A stretch of 64,000 bases of DNA from Octopus vulgaris (GCA_951406725.2 OX597818.1:44826001-44890000), one strand, 5' to 3'. Positions 25,603 to 39,211 are shown, counted from the stretch's first letter. The notes: generated by a model not told the origin, from the sequence alone. Program-made: numbers and translations.

Positions 25603-26429
25603 CAGTGCTGGATTAACCATTAAGCAAAATAAGCATAGTTTGGGACATCAAGGGAAGTGGGGCACCACAGAAATGCTAAATGGTTTATGAGACAAAATAA
25701 TTCACTTTAAACTTGCTAAGTGTTTTATATGATTGGAAATATAATTTTGAAGTGTTCGTGGTGTCATGGTGAGGATCTGATCAAAGACTTTGCAATTAAA
25801 AAAGGCAGGAGAAAATTTTTCAAATATAATTATTTCTACTCTAGGTACAAGGCTTTAAAAATTTTGCAGGGTAAGGGGGTTAGTCAATTACATCGACCCC
25901 AATGCATAAATTGTACATATTTCATCGATCTCGAAAGGATGAAAGACAAAGTCAACCTTGGTAGAATTTGAACTCAGAATGCAGCAGCTGACAAAATACC
26001 TATTTCTTTACTACACACAAGGGGCTAAACACAGAGGGAACAAACAAGGACAGACAAACAGATTAAGTCAATTATATTGACCCCAGTGCGTAACTGGTAC
26101 TTATTTTATCAACCCTGAAAGGATGAAAGGCAAAGTCGACCTCGGCAGAATTTGAACTCAGAATGTAGCGGCAGACAAAATACCGCTAAGCATTTCACCC
26201 AGCATGCTAACAATTCTGCCAGCTCACAGCCTTAAATTTTTCAAATATGATAAAGTGGAAATATACAAAAATCAACATTTTTTTCCATTCTTCTGTTAAT
26301 TTTGTTCCATTTTGAAAATTATAAATTTATTTTATGGTTTATTATTGTTTATATTTTGAATTATATATGTATGTGGACACCAAAACCTTTCAAGTTCTTA
26401 CGGCCTCTATGGGTCTTAATCTAGCCCTA
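25603..26429 (+). mobile_element. hAT-like non-autonomous element containing a family B dimer (25830-26233, -)
   Basis: Ends CAGTGCTGGATTAA / TTAATCTAGCCCTA; degenerate 8-bp TSD CTGTGAGG/CTATGAGT; inverted related fragment at ~27730-27808. Confidence 0.6.
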
Positions 26430-26959
26430 CTATGAGTTTATCATACACCTCACAAGGCAAGATCCTTCAACTGAGTATGGAGGAAGGTAACTTTGTGTCA
26501 ATTGGTGAGATACAGTGCCATTTTAAGATATGGGCACAACAAGCTGTTGCACAGGGGTCTCACAGGTCTAGGAGTTCATTGCTGATCTGTGAATGCTGTG
26601 TCTTGCTGTCAAGAAATGTAAAAACTTTAGGACTCAGTGCATTGGTTTTCCCAAGAGCCTATAATGTGGCTAAAAGGGTCCTGGTGAGAGGCTTACATAT
26701 GAATAGAGGGACAGAAACAGGTGTCTTGCTTGGGAAGAGATACATGGTTACCCTAGTTGGAAAAGAGAGAGGAAAGAAGAGTCAGGAGAGAAAGAAGACG
26801 GGGGTGAAGATGTACCATAAACTGCAAAGAACATTTGCCATTACATCGGGGCACTCTGTCGGTTATGAAGGTGAGGGTCCCAGTTGGTCCAATAAATGGA
26901 ACAGCCTGCTCATGAAATTAACGTGCATGTGGCTGAGCACTCCACACACACATATGTAC

Positions 26960-27607
26960 CCTTAACATAGTTCTCAGGGAGATTCCCCATGACATAGAGT
27001 TTGACAAGTCTGGCCCTTTGAAATACAGGTACAACAGAAACAGGAAGAAAGAGTGAGAGAAAGCTGTAGCGAAAGAGTACAGCAGAGTTCGCCACCACCC
27101 CCTGCCAGAGCCTGGTGGAGCTTTAAGTGCTTTCACTCAATAAACACTCACAATGCCCGGTCTGGGAATCGAAACCATGATCCTATGACCTTGAGTTTGC
27201 TGCCCTAACCACTGGGCCATTGTGCCTCGACTGTCATTACATATACAGTGTTTAAGTACATGAGCACCGCCTTTAGTCGATCAAATCGACCCCAGGACTT
27301 ATTCTTTGTAAGCCTAGTACTTATTTTATCGGTCACCTTTGCCGAACCGCTAAGTGACAGGGATGTAAACACACCAGCATTGGTTATCAAGTGATGTTTG
27401 GGGTACAAACACAGACACAAACATATACATACATATATATACAATGGGCTTCTTTTCAGTTTCTGTCTACCAAAACCACTCGCAAGGCTTTGGTCGGCTG
27501 GAGGCTATAGTAGAAGATACCCGCCCAAGGTGCCATGCAGTGGGACTGAATCTGGAACCATGTGGTTGGGAAGCAAGCTACTTACCACACAGCTGCTCCT
27601 GTGCCTT
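26960..27607 (-). mobile_element. Family D SINE followed by family A SINE
   Basis: tRNA-like heads at ~27230 and ~27607 on the minus strand. Confidence 0.7.
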
Positions 27608-27869
27608 GGATCAGATCCTCAAAATTAATCTTAAGTAACACATCTGCATCTATACTTAGTAGATATAAAGGCATCCTGAATATTATTTTAACAAGTTGAA
27701 ACTGATTTCTTTTGTGGCGTAAACCATTTTCCATTTCTGTGGTGCCCCCTCCTTCCCTTGATGCCCTAAGCACGTGCTTATTTTGCTCAATAGTTAAACC
27801 AGCGATGCCTGCATCTGAGCAAGGTATAACATTTACCCCTGGTCTTTTGAACATAGCCACCACAACAGT

Positions 27870-28075
27870 GTGGAGGCGCACTGGCCTAGTGGTTCGGACA
27901 GCAGACTTGCGGTCTTAAGAATGCGGTTTCGATTCCCAGACCAAGCATTGTGTATGTTTATTGAGCAAAAACACCTAAGCTCCACGAGGCTCCAGCAGGG
28001 GGTGGGGTGTGTGAGCCCCACTGTACTCTTTCACCACAACTTTTTCTCACTCTTTCTTCCTACTTCTGCGACAAA
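27870..28075 (+). mobile_element. Family D tRNA-derived SINE (possibly an octopus OR-type SINE)
   Basis: GGAGGCGCACTGGCCTAGTGGTT...GGTTTCGATTCC head. Confidence 0.7.
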
Positions 28076-28705
28076 GCAGAGGAACCATGGTGTAACCTAC
28101 TATGGTGTGGTAAACTTTCAGACTCTAGTCTAGATTGTGAATCCTCTGTACCTCAGGATGGTTCAGCTCTCCACCTGTTAAAAGCCACCATTTACGGAAT
28201 GAGGATAACAATGTAGCTTTTGCACCTGTACAACCGCCAGTCTATCGCGTGTGGTGGGTGGATCTTCAAGTTGCCGCATGCATTCTTAGTAGCTTAGAGT
28301 AGGCTCGAATTAGTGATTATTCTTTGTGGCTAATGGTGTGAGTCCTGATTGGAAGAAGAAGAAGACCACAACAGTCAGACATGTTGCTTGACAGACTGCA
28401 GATGAGCAACACTGATTGCATGATGGTGACATTTGATTATAATTAGTATGTGATGTCGAGAAAAGTAGAACACACACACACACACAAGTTTCTTTCAATT
28501 TCTGTCAACTAAATCCACTTGTAAGACTTCGAGTATATAAATATTTTATAAAAATGTGAGGTGTGAAAGAATTAATAATTGTAGAAAACTGTAACATCTT
28601 GAAATGGCATAAAATAAGGCTTTCTCATTTCATTCGTAACAAGATGTTATTGTAAAATTCTTACCAATAGATGTTGATAAATGTGATTGATTTTTTTTTT
28701 TGCAG

Positions 28706-28765
28706 CTTTGAAACAAAAGTCATCTGATGAGCTAGCCAATCACAGTCCAGCTGAATATATTTCTA
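28706..28765 (+). CDS. Candidate 60-nt phase-1/phase-1 cassette exon (xLKQKSSDELANHSPAEYIS)
   Basis: Poly(T)-GCAG acceptor, open frame, weak A|GTATAT donor; phase-compatible with the exon at 52169. Confidence 0.3.
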
Positions 28766-28868
28766 GTATATTTTTAGTGTAACAAGAGATAACCTCAGTC
28801 ACTATATCACCTATTGAAAAATGATATATCAGGGGGTAGTGTAGGCACATTTTTAACATATACATATA

Positions 28869-28905
<37 letters not shown>

Positions 28906-28999
28906 AGTAAGAGAATCAGTGTCTCAAAAACATTAATAAATCGCAAAATTCTAGGTTTAGATCGATACTGAACAAGTAAAGTTTTGCACAGAATATTTG

Positions 29000-29797
29000 G
29001 TGGCACATAAAAAGCACCATCACCATGTGGCCGAATGCCAGCGCCACCTTGACTGGCTTCTGTGCCGGTGGCACGTAAAAAGCAACAACCGATCATGGCC
29101 ACTGCCAGCCTCCCCTGGCACCTGTGCTAGTGGCACGTAAAACTGCCGGATCGGACTGGAGCCTGGTGCAGCCTTCTGGCTTCCCAGACCCCGGTCAAAC
29201 CGTCCAACCCATGCTAGCATGGAAAACGGATGTTAAACGATGATGATGATGATGTTGATGATGTACCTTTGCTGAACATATAAGGGTAGTATGATATGCC
29301 ATCATCTTCATCTTTGACTTTCTTAACTGATGTGAAAGTCTGCTGAAGATCTGTGTCAAATATCTGTACATCAACATGAAACTATGGTACATATATGCAA
29401 AGGAGTGGCTGTATGGTAAGTAGCTTGCTTATGAACCACAAGGTTCCGGGTTCAGTCCCACTGTGTGGCATCTTGGGCAAGTGTCTTCTACTATAGCCTC
29501 GGGCCGACCAAAGCCTTGTGAGAGGATTTGGTAGATGGAAACTGAAAGAAGCCTATTGTATGTACATATATATATGTGTGTGTGTGTGCGTGTATGTTTG
29601 TGTGTCTGTGTTTGTCCCTCCACCATCACTTGACAATCGATGTTAGCATGTTTCCATCTCCATAACTTAGTGGTTTGGCAAAAGAGAATGATAGACAAGT
29701 ACTTGGTTTACAAAGAATAACTCCTAGGGTTGATTTGTTCAACTAAAGGAAGTGCTTCAGTATGGCCACGGTCAAATGACTGAAACAAGTAAAAGAA
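29000..29797 (+). mobile_element. Family C fragment (29000-29250) and family A SINE (29395-29797)
   Basis: Family consensus matches. Confidence 0.8.
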
Positions 29798-29989
29798 GAA
29801 CATATATATATATACATATATGTATGTATATAGAGAGATTTTATATATATATATATAGATATATATATATATACACACACAAACATATTTACATATTACC
29901 TTTTTTTAAGGTATTTCATGTACCCTTATTGACCTCATCCGGTAATTTGATACCCCGATAATTAACTCTCTCTAATGGGTATCAAATTT

Positions 29990-30495
29990 TTGAAGCATGG
30001 ACCAGGCCATGAAAACCATAGAAAAAGCTATGGCTCAATTGATTAAAGAGAGAGAATTAGCATAAATGAGATGCAGCCTATACAGTTTGATTTCATTCTA
30101 GGAAAAAGTACAACTGATGCCATTTTTCTCAATGAGTCAACTGCAGAAGTACTGAGCTAAGAGGAGGCAGCTGTGCTCATCATTTGTCACCATGGAGAAA
30201 GTCTTTGACAGAATCTCTTGCTTGGTGATCTGGTGGTTACTGAGGTAGTAAGGATGAGGAAGCAAAGGGTAAATAAATGACTTGTGAGAGCTATTACAGA
30301 AGCCATGTACCAGGTTGCTGCCAACATGTTTAGAGTAAGCAAGAACAGCAGTGAATTTGGTGTACTGGTAGGTGTCTATTAAGGCTCAATGCTCAGCCCT
30401 GTTATATTTATCACAGTTCTCCAGGCCATAATGGAAGAGCTTATGTCTGGATGCCATGGGAACTTATATATACTGGTAACCTTGTTCTTATCACT
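29990..30495 (+). pseudogene. Decayed RTE reverse transcriptase fragment
   Basis: Frameshifted QFDFILGKSTTDAIF...FVTMEKVFDRI..VIWW...VGVY*GSMLSPVIFI corresponds to RTE RT motifs QFGF.PG.ST.DAIF, FVD.EKAFD and GV.QGS.LSP.LF. Confidence 0.8.
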
Positions 30496-31016
30496 GAATT
30501 TGTATTAGGATCATCATAAGTAGCAATAAGCTACTTTTTGTCTGTGTGGCCAGATATTTAAGTAGGACCTGAAATGCATACAGATGGTTATCAAATTTTG
30601 GATGATCCCAATTATGCATGTATCCCAAAAGATTAAAGTGTTTTAGAAGCACAATGTTTAGACCCTTGAGGAGAAGCAGATTCATATTCTATTGAGACAT
30701 ATGTCAAAACCAATTTTGTATGCTACATGGACATTTGCACATTTTTTCTTCAACTCTTTTGTTGGATTGGGCCTACCCATATGGAGGCACAGCCTTAAAA
30801 AGCTTTTAGTATTAATATGAGATCTGAAAGAGGAGGCACAATAGAAAAAAATGAAAAGAGGAGAGACAAGTATGCTATTTGGTTAGAGGAGAGGTTGTAA
30901 GATGCCTGCCAGCATAAAGTAAGGGCTACTGTAAATATAAAAGAAGAGGAAGAGAGGAGAAACAGTATGTTTGTGAAAGAAGAGAATGCTCTTCCACTCT
31001 TGAGTAATATAGAGTA

Positions 31017-31399
31017 CAAGCAAAATGCCCCCCATCCAATGGACGGTGCTGAGATGTTAAACATTTAAACCAAATTTTCTCAAAACAACTTGTCCGACCG
31101 TCCCATTTTGTGGCATTATTTCAAGCCAACTGGTTTTTATTGCGCAAACTGCACGTGCATTTTTCTCACGTACGCATAGTATTGATTGCAACAGCTGACG
31201 TACTTGCACATACAAATGCACGTTCCCACGGCTTTATCGATCGCATTATCACCTGGAATTCATTTTTGTAATTTTTTCAAGACTTATACATGCCCTGATG
31301 CCATCAGTATCTACATATCAAATTTGAGCGCAATCGGATGGTGGATGCCCGAGATCCTAGAAGACACACACACAGACAGAACGGATTTTATAAAATAGA
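31017..31399 (-). mobile_element. Non-autonomous Helitron
   Basis: Minus strand: A|TC start, CCGTCCA-T-TGGATGG hairpin ~11 nt before a CTTG|T end (degenerate CTAG|T), internal (TG)/(TCTG) tract. Confidence 0.65.
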
Positions 31400-31479
31400 T
31401 AAAATGTGAAGCAAATAAATATGTACTGATCATATCACCAATGAAACTTTAAAACCAATAACAAAATATAATAATTACA

Positions 31480-33130
31480 TGTAGTTAAAAGCCTTCTTTC
31501 ACATCAATGATAATACTAATCATAGAGATTAACTCACTTCACAATTCAAGTCTAGGAAATATCCAACAGAACACAAAGAACTGTATGGATTTGAACTGAT
31601 GCACAAAACATAATAAAATAGTTAAAATCCTTGAAATTTAATCAAGAAATTTGAGCAGAAGCTGTAGAAATATAATAAAACTACACAAAGATGCTCTTAT
31701 TGGCAGACAAAAATAAACAATTTATATAAAGTGAGTAAGAATACAAGTATATTGTTGTATGACAATACAATAAAAAACTACTTAAAGATCCCTTGCTGTT
31801 CCATTCAACAATGCTAATGTACAGACAAAACAAATGGTAATCAAAATCCATGTACACAACAAAACTAATAATTACCGAGAAAAATGCAAATGTTACATTC
31901 AAAGACTACTCTCTCTACTCTTTTACTCTTTTACTTGTTTCAGTCATTTGACTGTGGCCATGCTGGAGCACCGACTTTAGTCAAGCAAATTGACAACAGG
32001 ACTTATTCTTTGTAAGCCTAGTACCTATTCTATCGGTATCTTTTGCTGAACTGCTAAGTTACGGGGGATGTAAACTCACGTTGTCAAGTGATGTTGGGGG
32101 GACAAACACAGACACACACACACATATATACATATATACAACGGGCTTCTTTCAGTTTCTGTCTACCAAATCCACTCACAAGGTTTTGGTCAGCATGAGG
32201 CTATAGCAGAAGACACTTGCCCAAGGTGCCACGCAGTGGGGATGAACCCGGAACCATGTGGTTGGTAATCAAGCTACTTATATATATACATATATCATCA
32301 TCATCGTTTAATGTCCGCTTTCCATGCTAGCATGGGTTGGATGATTTTGACTGAGGGCTGGTGAACCAGACGGCCGCACCAGGCTCCAATCTTGATCTGG
32401 CAGAGTTTCTACAGCTGGATGCCCTTCCTAACACCAACCACTCCGAGAGTGTAGTGGGTGCTTTTTATATGCCACCAGCACGGGGCTAGTCAGGCGGTAC
32501 TGGCAATGACCTCACTCAACTCTTTTTACACATGCCACTGGCACAGATGCCAGTAAGGTGACGTTGGTAACGATCACGCTCGAATGATGCCCTTTTATGT
32601 GCCACTGGCATGGAGCCGGCTGGCTGCTCTGGCAACGATCATGCTTGGATGGTGCTCTTAGCACCCTACAAGCACGGGCACAAATTCCAGTAAGGCGATG
32701 GACAGGCTTCTTTCAGTTTCTGTGTACCAAATCCACTCACAAAGCTCTGGTCGGCCCGAGGTTATAGTAGAAGACACTTGCCCAAAGTGCCATGCAGTGG
32801 GACTGAACCTGGAACCATGTGATTGGTAAGCAAGTTACTTACCACACAACCACTCCTACACGTAAAGAAATCTAACAACTTAGGTTTAATAACTTAGCAA
32901 AAAGCTAACCGGGCCTTGTCTACAGAAAGATACTTGACTCAAAACTTTACAAAAAATACAAAGTCTCCACAAACTTACATATTTAAAGAAACATCATCAG
33001 TGTGATAAATTGGTTTGAACAGGTCAACAGTAAAGATTAATGCAAATTTACTGAATTTGGCGCAAAATTTTTACCAGTCTATCACCAAATACCTCTTTCA
33101 TAAAGCCATACAATTCATGAAACCATGATA
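31480..33130 (+). pseudogene. Decayed Penelope-like element ORF (N-terminal region to first RT motifs), split by SINEs at 31908-32860
   Basis: Frameshifted FKSRKYPTEHKEL..FE, LADK..NLYKV, VTFKDY, NLAKS..GL...KILD and VINWFEQVNSKD*CKFTEF..FYQSITKYLFHKAIQF resemble PLE motifs GFKS...P, FADK..NLY, ITLKDHK, INPAKS.LG and VI.WF.....K....F.QFDI..FYPSI. Confidence 0.7.
31908..32860 (-). mobile_element. Family A SINE, family C fragment and family A head
   Basis: Family consensus matches. Confidence 0.8.
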
Positions 33131-33203
33131 TAAGATGTACTTAATGTGGTTTCACATTTGTGAAGCCATAGTTACTATTGTCTATTGGCAATAAGGAAAA
33201 TTT

Positions 33204-33256
33204 AATCAAATCCTGATGATGGTTTTAACAAAGACTGAAAGTAATCGTTTAGTTGA
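33204..33256 (+). ncRNA. Degenerate minimal type I hammerhead (PLE pLTR)
   Basis: CTGATGA-T-GGTTTT-AACA-AAGACT-GAAA-GTAA-TC, just downstream of the PLE ORF relic. Confidence 0.4.
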
Positions 33257-33414
33257 CTCAATCTTTTCCCTAACATGGTCAAGAGTGACATACTTAAATG
33301 CTTCAATCCAGGAGGGTGTATTCTTCCAGCAAAGTTAAATATATCTCTATCTGTCTGTCTGTCTGGGAGAAGTCAAAAATAATCTGTACTTTCACCATAA
33401 CAACTTTATTATTG

Positions 33415-33741
33415 GTGTTTAAAAGCCATTTAAGAAACACACAAAATCTGTTAGATTCACTTCAACATTTAAATTTAATTTGTCAAAATATTTTCGTCGC
33501 TTTGAGACCGCAACCTGTTCACTGACAAAATTCCGTACTGAGATGCAGCACAGAATTTTGCCAGTAAACAGTTTGCGGTCTCAAAGCGATGAAAATATTT
33601 TGACAAATTTAAATGTTGAAGTGAATCTAACAGATTTTGTGTGTTTCTTAAATGGCTTATAAACACCTTCCACGCTGCAATTGTTTTCGTTCCAGCACAC
33701 GATCTCAGATCAGGTCACTTGCTATGCAAGTACATCTCCAT
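33415..33741. mobile_element. Fold-back element with ~120-bp arms, 13-bp TSD and G3-C8 hammerhead-like motif
   Basis: TSD AACTTTATTATTG at 33402-33414 and 33742-33754; arms 33415-33540 / 33545-33666. Confidence 0.8.
33479..33530 (-). ncRNA. Candidate minimal type I hammerhead ribozyme, variant core GUGAACA
   Basis: TTTGTCA-GTGAACA-G-GTTGC-GGTCTCAAA-GCGAC-GAAA-ATAT-T-T-TGACAAA: 7-bp helix I, 5-bp helix II, palindromic AATATT helix III. Confidence 0.55.
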
Positions 33742-35184
33742 AACTTTATTATTGTCCCGCTGCTTATAGTTGTGTGCTTATAGTTGGTACTATTGTGGTC
33801 ATGTGATCGAAGCTTGAGTCTGATCACACTGATTTTCTTTCTGGCTTTACAGTATAAGCATGGATGTCCATTAGCAATGTGCACCAAGAAAGAACAAAGA
33901 GCAGTGATCCAATTTCTTTGGAAATGGGGCGTATGATCAACAGTGCAAGATACAGTGCTTTGCTGGCCAACAAACTGAAGCCAGCAATTTGCACCAAACT
34001 GTTGAAGAAAGTTTTGTTGTTGCAGGCCAATGCACACCCATGTACGGCCACCCTGAACTTTGAAACCTGTTTCTTTACTACCCACAAGGGAGCTAAACAC
34101 AGAGATTTATAAAGGATGTATCTAAGATTCCTTCAACACTGACCTAGATTTTCTGTCACCACAGAAATAAACTAGCCTTTGTCTATGGTATATTTATGTC
34201 TTCTTACTCCTCTACTCCCTTCCTCCCATTATGTCCTTTATTTGGGCTGAATCTGCTTCGGTGACTTTCTTGCTACTACAACCAAATTCTGTTTGCAACA
34301 GCTTAGTTGTGAAATGAACCGGTGTGTGACCAGCAGCTTTCCTCATGTCTCCGGAAATTATATCTGCATTTTCATGGATGGATTCACCTTCTCTGGGAAG
34401 TTAACAATCTTTTTAAAGACTTTTTATAAAACTGTGCATCATTAGAAAGCATTTTAAGTCTGCTTATAATTTGACTTTAAATTTCATAGAACTCACTCAT
34501 AATACTTCATGAGGATAGTCAAACTCTCTAGGATGTCTGGAAAACATATATGTGATTTAGCTGATGAATACTGGACATTTGTATTTGCTGCAATATTTGC
34601 AGCTTTAAATAAAATTGTTCTTAGTATGAAACAATTGTACTAAACTACTAATCCATTCTTGTTGCTTTTTTCTTGGTTATATATATATATATATATATAC
34701 ATACTAACTTTTTGCTTAGTGCATTCAGATGTACCTGGGCTGGGTTCATCTGAATAGGAATAGATTTATTGGTTATGACATTTGTTCTACCCTTTCTTAT
34801 ATCTATAAATAGAAAAATTCTTTGTTTCCATCCAACCAAAAATCCTCCTCCCTACTGATAGATCTAAATAACAAAGTTAAAATCTACAATCAGAGAGTAG
34901 ATTTAATACTATCATGTTCTTAAGAATGAAATCAACCTCTCTGTATATCTACCCTCTTTATAATGCTGGCAAACGAAATAGGGATAAGAATGTGCATTGT
35001 CCATTTGATTGGAAAATTTCTAAAGGTAGCTGAAGATTGCTCGACATTTTAAAACTGATGTACTGCTTACAGTGTTTAATAAAATGAAGTAGCATGAAAC
35101 GATCATACCACATTACCTCGGATATACTTGTTGCTTATTTTGATTATATATATATATATATATATATATCATCATCATCATCAT

Positions 35185-35215
<31 letters not shown>

Positions 35216-35218
35216 ATA

Positions 35219-35530
35219 TGTGGAGGCACGTGGCCAAGTGATTAGAGCAGCAGACTTGTGGTCGAGGGATCGCAGGTTTGGATCACAGACTGGGCGATGT
35301 GTGTGCTTATGAGTGAAACACCTAAGCTCCACGCAACTCCAGCAGAAGGTAATTGCGAACTTCTGCTGACTCTTTCACCACAACTTTCTCTAACTCTTTC
35401 CTCCTGCATCTTGCAGCTCACCTGCGATGGACCAGCGTCCCATCCAGGTGGAGAACCTATACACCAAGGAAACCGGGAAACTGGCCCTATGAGCCAGGTA
35501 TGGCTTGAGAAAGAACAAACAACAAAACAA
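35219..35530 (+). mobile_element. Family D SINE, near full length, (CAA/AAC)n tail
   Basis: tRNA head and GCGATGGACCAGCGTCCCATCCAG V-like domain. Confidence 0.75.
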
Positions 35531-35535
35531 TATAC

Positions 35536-35569
<34 letters not shown>

Positions 35570-35748
35570 CTCAATTCAATCATTGCATGTAATGATTGCA
35601 TAGTTCAATTAAATGGATCTGCTTGAAACGGTTGTACTGATTCATTACTTGATATCCTGTTGCTTATTTTATTCACCTTACTTCTGGCTGTGCAGATAAT
35701 ACCAGACTGTCTTGGTGCTTCAACTTAAGTACCTAATTCAACTATCTC

Positions 35749-35804
<56 letters not shown>

Positions 35805-36071
35805 CAAAGGAATTCCAACTCTGTCTGTTTTTTATTTTTGTTTATATTCTTTATAATATTAATGTAGAATATAGAATATATAGTATAAATAGTATATATA
35901 GTAAAATGAAATGAAGTATTGATTATCTTATTGAATAGATGAAATATTGAATATCAAATATTAAGGGACTGGTATACTTTCTTGCATTTAAGCAGTCTTC
36001 CAGGTCCCAGGTTGCGACAGGAATGTTTCAACTGTCTATGTATATCCCTCTATACATAATCATACAGACCC

Positions 36072-36135
<64 letters not shown>

Positions 36136-37155
36136 ATATCATATACACATATACACAATGCATGTGTTTAGCTAGTTTGTGGGTAGGCTGCACTTGTAGG
36201 TGTAAGACAATATATTCTCTTCATGCACCTGGTGTTAAAACACTGAAAAATCATAGATAAGTGAGATAATTTGCGTGTGTGTGTAAATAGATAGATATGG
36301 TGTGACCATGTGTTAAGGGACTTGCTTCTAACCACATGGTTCTGGGTTCAGTCCCACTGTGTGACACCTTGGGCAAGTGTCTTCTAATATAACCTTGGGC
36401 CAACCAGAGCCTTGTGAGTGGATTTGTTAGACAGAAACTGAAAGAACCTGTTGTATACACATGTACAAGTTTGTGTATCTATGTTTGTACGCCCCATCAT
36501 CACTTGACAACCGATGCTGGTGTGTTAGCTAGCATCTATTATCTCTTTTTAATCCCTCTGTCTAACTACCTATGGTTATTTCCAACACTGGAAATTATCA
36601 AACCCACTTTTTGATAAAATTTGTGGATTGCACACACAAACAGACCAGTGAAATTGGAGCATCCAATATGGAACTTAAAACCTGGACACTGGTTTCAAGA
36701 GATCAATAGAATAAGTATTAGGCTTACAAAGAATAAGTTCTGGAGTCGATTTTTTTGACCAAAAGGCAGTGTTCCAGCAAGGACTGAAACAAGTAAAAAA
36801 AAATAACAGAATATATATCTATATTATCTGAAGTGTATAGTGTTATATATCCATTACAGCCCATCTTACTAATCAATTTTGTGTAAGAGATTCAATGGAG
36901 TATTAGGTAACAATTGCTGTAGTGTGTGCACATATGTGTAGGTAATTGTGGCAGTGTGTCCATATGATACCTAACACTCTGTTGAATCCCTGGCTGAAAC
37001 CAATTGTTAAGATCAACCATAATGGATATATAATGCTGTATAATTCGGATAATATACCCGCTCCCTTGGTGGATATACGAGTGCATTTTTTTTCCTGACT
37101 TAAGGACATTTAGATGGCTTACACACACATACACACTCACATACACACACACACA

Positions 37156-37190
<35 letters not shown>

Positions 37191-37461
37191 GCCTGGGAAA
37201 ATAGGCATTCATATATCTATCAAAAGAGAGGGTATATTAATCTAAGTAGGTTACATAAATCCATTTGCAGCTGAGCTTACCAATCAGTCTGGCACAGGAT
37301 ATTTAGTAATGAAACACTACAAGAGCACTACTCAAAGTGGCCGGTATGGGGGGAAAAAATGGCCATAATTGTCTCATAATGTAATATCCTGTGCATGACT
37401 GATTGGTGTGATCACCTATAATGGATCTACAATATTGTATACTTTGATTAATATATATATC

Positions 37462-37494
<33 letters not shown>

Positions 37495-37575
37495 ATATAT
37501 ATATATGTGTGTGTATATATATATGTGTGTGTATATATATATGTGTGTATGTATATATATATATATATATATATA

Positions 37576-37823
37576 TAACTCAGAGTTTCACGCTTCCGTT
37601 CGTCGGACAGTTTTATTAAAATAGAAGAGAAATAAAGATATCTTTATTTCTGTTCTATTTTAACAAAACTGTCCGAACAGGAACGTGAAACTCTGAGTAA
37701 CAGCTTTTGTTTTTTTTTATATATATATATATATACTTTATTCAAAAGCAGCATAAATATAACAAAAGCTGTTACTCAGAGTTTCACGTTCCCGTTTGTC
37801 AGACAGTTTTATTAAATTAGAAC
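37576..37823. mobile_element. Palindromic PLE-pLTR-like units with three hammerhead relics
   Basis: Palindrome centred on AAAGATATCTTT (~37640); motif AAAACTGT-CYGACRA-ACG-GRAR-CGT-GAAA-CTCTGAG-TA-ACAG. Confidence 0.7.
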
Positions 37824-37824
37824 G

Positions 37825-38025
37825 TCTGGCACCTGTGTCGGTGGCACATAAAATCACCCACTACACTCTCGGAGTGGTTGGCGTTAGGAAGGGCATCCAG
37901 CTGTAGAAACACTGCCACATCTGACTGGCCTGGTGCAGCCTTCGGGCTTCCCAGACCCCAGTTGAACCGTCCAACCCATGCTAGCATGGAAAGCGGACGT
38001 TAAACGATGATGATGATGATGATGA
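37825..38025 (+). mobile_element. Family C (RTE 3') fragment
   Basis: Consensus match with (GAT)n tail. Confidence 0.85.
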
Positions 38026-38298
38026 TATATATATATATATATATATATACATACACACACACATATATATATCATCATGTAATGTCACTTATCATAATGG
38101 CATGGATAGCATGGAAGACAGACAGTAACTGATGATGATGATGATAATGTATATATATATATATATATTTATATTATATTATTTATGCATACATATGTGC
38201 ACACTCACACGCATACGCATGTGTGTGAATATGTATATATGAATATGTATACATATTATATATATGTATATATATGTATATATGAATATGTATACATG

Positions 38299-38360
<62 letters not shown>

Positions 38361-38623
38361 CATGTGTCAACATATATCTGAATAGATACAGGTGTGTATC
38401 TGTATCTATGTACATGTGTGTGTGTGTATATATATGTGCATATATACACACTCTCACACACCCACATACATGTATATATATGTATGTGTGTGTTTGTATT
38501 ACACTCATGTGACAGAAAACTATGAGTAGCAGAGTAGCAAATAATCATTCTACTTCCTATCGTTCCAAATACATATAAACAAACTTTACATGATATATTG
38601 TGTAGCCTTTTTGGTTGTAATTC

Positions 38624-38666
<43 letters not shown>

Positions 38667-38991
38667 ACACACACTGATGTAAGTCAGTTGAAAGTAATTT
38701 TTAAACAATTTCATTTATAACCGTACTGAGAGGGCATTAATGAAAATTTATCCTAAAAGAGGACAAGGGAGAGAACTTACAAAATTCCAGTTGACCAACT
38801 GGTGCTTATCTCTATGTTCTTCATGCAGAAAGCTATATCGGGAAATTTCCAGAGTGATTTTATATATATTATTGCTAAGTTCATAGTAACCAGGACATGG
38901 TGACTGGAACTTGTGTCAGCTGCGCAAAAAGTCCCATTTAAGACAAACTTCATGACAAACCTCTATCAAAATACTTTTTTGTTATCCTTAA

Positions 38992-39211
38992 CCCGTTAGC
39001 ATTCAAACCGGCCATATCTGGCCAAAATATTTAACCTGTTTTATGTTGAAACTGACCAGATCTTGCCTCTCGCCTCAGCCCTACTATGTCATTCTAAATC
39101 TAAAAAATCACATCACTGAAATCTCTAAATTACAAGATAATGCGTGATTAATTCAAACCATTTTAAATAAACAAACATCACATTTGGCAGAATAATCTGA
39201 ACACTAAAGGG
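38992..39211. mobile_element. piggyBac-like MITE (TTAA TSD)
   Basis: TTAA|CCCGTTAGCATTCA ... TGAACACTAAAGGG|TTAA; inverted relative at 47368-47560. Confidence 0.8.

Noticed and set aside
28703-28735. GAAAC-AAAA-GTC-AT-CTGATGA-GCT as a type II hammerhead
   Set aside because: No helix I is possible and the helix II register is wrong; probably chance.
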